DNA of 64,000 nt from Phoronis australis (Eukaryota > Animalia > Phoronida). This document shows, piece after piece, positions 62,701 through 64,000 of this stretch. Location of the stretch: positions 145,640 to 209,639 of the forward strand of contig NMRA01000160.1 of the NCBI GenBank assembly GCA_002633005.1, in the 5' to 3' direction. How positions within the stretch are numbered: position 1 is the first letter of the stretch; each line of letters begins with the position of its first letter. Under the pieces are notes generated by a model, which saw only the letters and a list, made by a program, of their open reading frames with translations, was not told where the DNA came from and made no database searches. The translations under genes were made by a program, and so were the position numbers.

Positions 62701-63064
62701 GGTGCAGCACCATATCTCACCACTGATTACAATTGTGTATTACATTATGCTAATCATTCATTATCATTATCATTATCATTGTAATAATTATTACTATATC
62801 TTACCCTTGGGCTTGGTAGTGATGTAGATAAGGTTACTGATACCCCCCCGTTTGGCGGTAGAGATAGTGTAGGTCTGCACATACATGGCGTACTGCGTGA
62901 AAGGTTTGAGGCCAGGGATGATCTCATTCAGATGTACAGGCTCTTCATTCCCCATCTTATCAATAAAGCTGTCGTTGGTCGCTGGCGGCTGATAGTCCAA
63001 AGTCTTCCACATGTTGTCGGTACAGGCGTCCTTACCGTCTAGGGTACTGATGTTTCTGAACGGC
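50129..63064 (-). CDS. InR: Insulin/IGF-like peptide receptor tyrosine kinase, 5'-partial; complement(join(50129..50735,51840..51974,52412..52541,53126..53285,53685..53817,54382..54446,55199..55418,56129..56252,56769..56931,57533..57669,58418..58761,59958..60324,62805..63064))
   Basis: FnIII repeats ([28 protein letters not shown]), FENYLH alpha-CT, furin site RKRR, TM helix, [57 protein letters not shown]; 13 exons, all GT-AG, phases consistent. Confidence 0.95.
51840..51974 (-). CDS. InR: InR kinase exon
   Basis: [20 protein letters not shown]. Confidence 0.93.
52412..52541 (-). CDS. InR: InR kinase exon (activation loop)
   Basis: [20 protein letters not shown]. Confidence 0.95.
53126..53285 (-). 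CDS. InR: InR kinase exon (catalytic loop)
   Basis: [22 protein letters not shown]. Confidence 0.95.
53685..53817 (-). CDS. InR: InR kinase exon
   Basis: [19 protein letters not shown]. Confidence 0.93.
54382..54446 (-). CDS. InR: InR kinase small exon (65 nt)
   Basis: [22 protein letters not shown]; not in the ORF track. Confidence 0.92.
54655..54981. repeat. Local imperfect tandem duplication in an InR intron
   Basis: AAATGCAACTTCT.AATAAGCGTATGTGGCAAGAGTT, GTATTCAAATGTTGTCCAATCAGA and GATGGTTAGGCTTA...GGCCAGAATTTTGTATATGC each occur twice. Confidence 0.8.
55199..55418 (-). CDS. InR: InR juxtamembrane / P-loop exon
   Basis: YASVNPDY...DEWEV...[11 protein letters not shown]...VAVK. Confidence 0.94.
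56129..56252 (-). CDS. InR: InR transmembrane exon
   Basis: [27 protein letters not shown]. Confidence 0.9.
56769..56931 (-). CDS. InR: InR FnIII-3 exon
   Basis: KCITHKNY...[19 protein letters not shown]; not in the ORF track. Confidence 0.92.
57533..57669 (-). CDS. InR: InR FnIII-3 exon
   Basis: [22 protein letters not shown]. Confidence 0.9.
58418..58761 (-). CDS. InR: InR insert-domain exon with furin site RKRR (58725-58736)
   Basis: PGSRKRRS...[14 protein letters not shown]. Confidence 0.9.
59467..59638. mobile_element. MITE CAGGGGCCGAT...TTCGCCACTG, 5-bp TSD-like CAATG/AAATG
   Basis: Homologous to 27535-27702 (AGTATTAGCCAGGATTT, AACTGCCAAATGGAATCTGGGA, poly-G). Confidence 0.75.
59958..60324 (-). 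CDS. InR: InR FnIII-2 / alpha-CT exon
   Basis: [14 protein letters not shown]...RNYC...CCSPCPK...[10 protein letters not shown]. Confidence 0.93.
62549..62698. repeat. 21-bp degenerate minisatellite x7 (AACTTCTCAAACATGGCGCAG)
   Basis: Periodic CAAACATGG. Confidence 0.85.
62805..63064 (-). CDS. InR: InR FnIII-1 exon
   Basis: [14 protein letters not shown]...[12 protein letters not shown]. Confidence 0.92.
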
Positions 63065-63094
63065 CTACATAGAACAAACATAGATTATGACAAG

Positions 63095-63280
63095 AGGGGG
63101 CAGTAATAGCAGCATAAAGGAAGGGATGGGGACAGAAATGGAGACTAGGAGAGGACGGGGAGGGGGAGACAGAGAATGAACAAGAGAGAGGGAGAGACGG
63201 GTGGAAGGGGTTAGAGGGAGGGAGGGAGAGAAAAATAGCGAGAGGGAAGAATAGAAGTTGGGGAGGGGGAGGGAGGGAGA
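63095..63280. repeat. Purine-rich (GA) low-complexity tract
   Basis: GGGAGAGAGG-type runs. Confidence 0.7.
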
Positions 63281-64000
63281 AACAGTTTATTTTGCAAGTC
63301 ACATAAAACAATAACTACGTTACATGATTGAGTGGCCCAGATAAAGTATATATTGCTCGTAGCTGACTACTACGAAGTAAAAACCACGTAGATAATAAAT
63401 ATTTCTGGTGACAGATAACAGCACACACGGTCAACCCTTCAGATAAATCAAACTTAATCTTACTTGGATAAGATCTGGGAACATGTGCCATGACATTGGC
63501 CATCAATTAAGAACATCACAAATGTCACATGAACTGAAGGAACAGCATACGGTCATTTTAACTGTGGTCCAGGGAGCTATGCAGAGTATCCCAGAAAATA
63601 ATTAAATCAAAAAGCCTAATTTCACAAAGTACCAGTCTGACCTCAAAAGTTATTCATGCTTTCATTGAAGAAGTGAAAACGAGGCTATGCTTGGTAGCTG
63701 ACAAGCAAGTATTCACAGACGAAAATAAGGCTAAGACAAATAGCAGACAAGCATTCACTGACGAAAATGAGACTAACAGAGGTAGCAGACAAGCGCAATC
63801 GCTATGACTGAGAAGACAGACAAGTTTCTCGGAACTAAACATGACGAATGTTGTTGTGTTTTGCTTGGCAACAAGAATGCCAGAGTCCACAATCATCTTG
63901 TTTTTTATCACTTTTCACCAGAAAAGAAAAACGAATTGAGAAAATGAAGTGTTTAAGATCCTTTGATCGGAGGTAGCTTAGTGCTTTTCAGTGCCATAGT

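Overview
Eukaryotic genomic DNA from an AT-rich invertebrate bilaterian with spliceosomal GT-AG introns; the taxon cannot be fixed from sequence alone. Three spliced genes could be assembled by hand with consistent intron phases. (1) A bacterial-type creatinase (creatine amidinohydrolase, M24 fold) on +, 5 coding exons 2805-14245, ~416 aa, with active-site motifs intact. (2) An OTUD7/Cezanne-family deubiquitinase on +, 8 coding exons 23385-44833, 921 aa, with a UBA-like N-terminus, an OTU domain and two A20 zinc fingers. (3) The 3' 13 exons of an insulin/IGF receptor on -, 63064-50129, convergent with OTUD7. Creatinase intron 4 holds a 3.2-kb RT-less LTR retroelement with non-canonical CG...CG LTR ends and a 3-bp TSD (Troyka-like). 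An OTUD7 intron holds a palindromic Penelope-like remnant carrying hammerhead-ribozyme motifs, and a second such inverted pair lies 3' of creatinase. A tandem array with 8 co-oriented CTCF-like motifs lies between the OTUD7 and InR 3' ends. The rest is MITEs (5-bp-TSD, 8-bp-TSD and TTAA types), foldback elements and minisatellites. Family assignments rest on remembered motifs; no database search was run.
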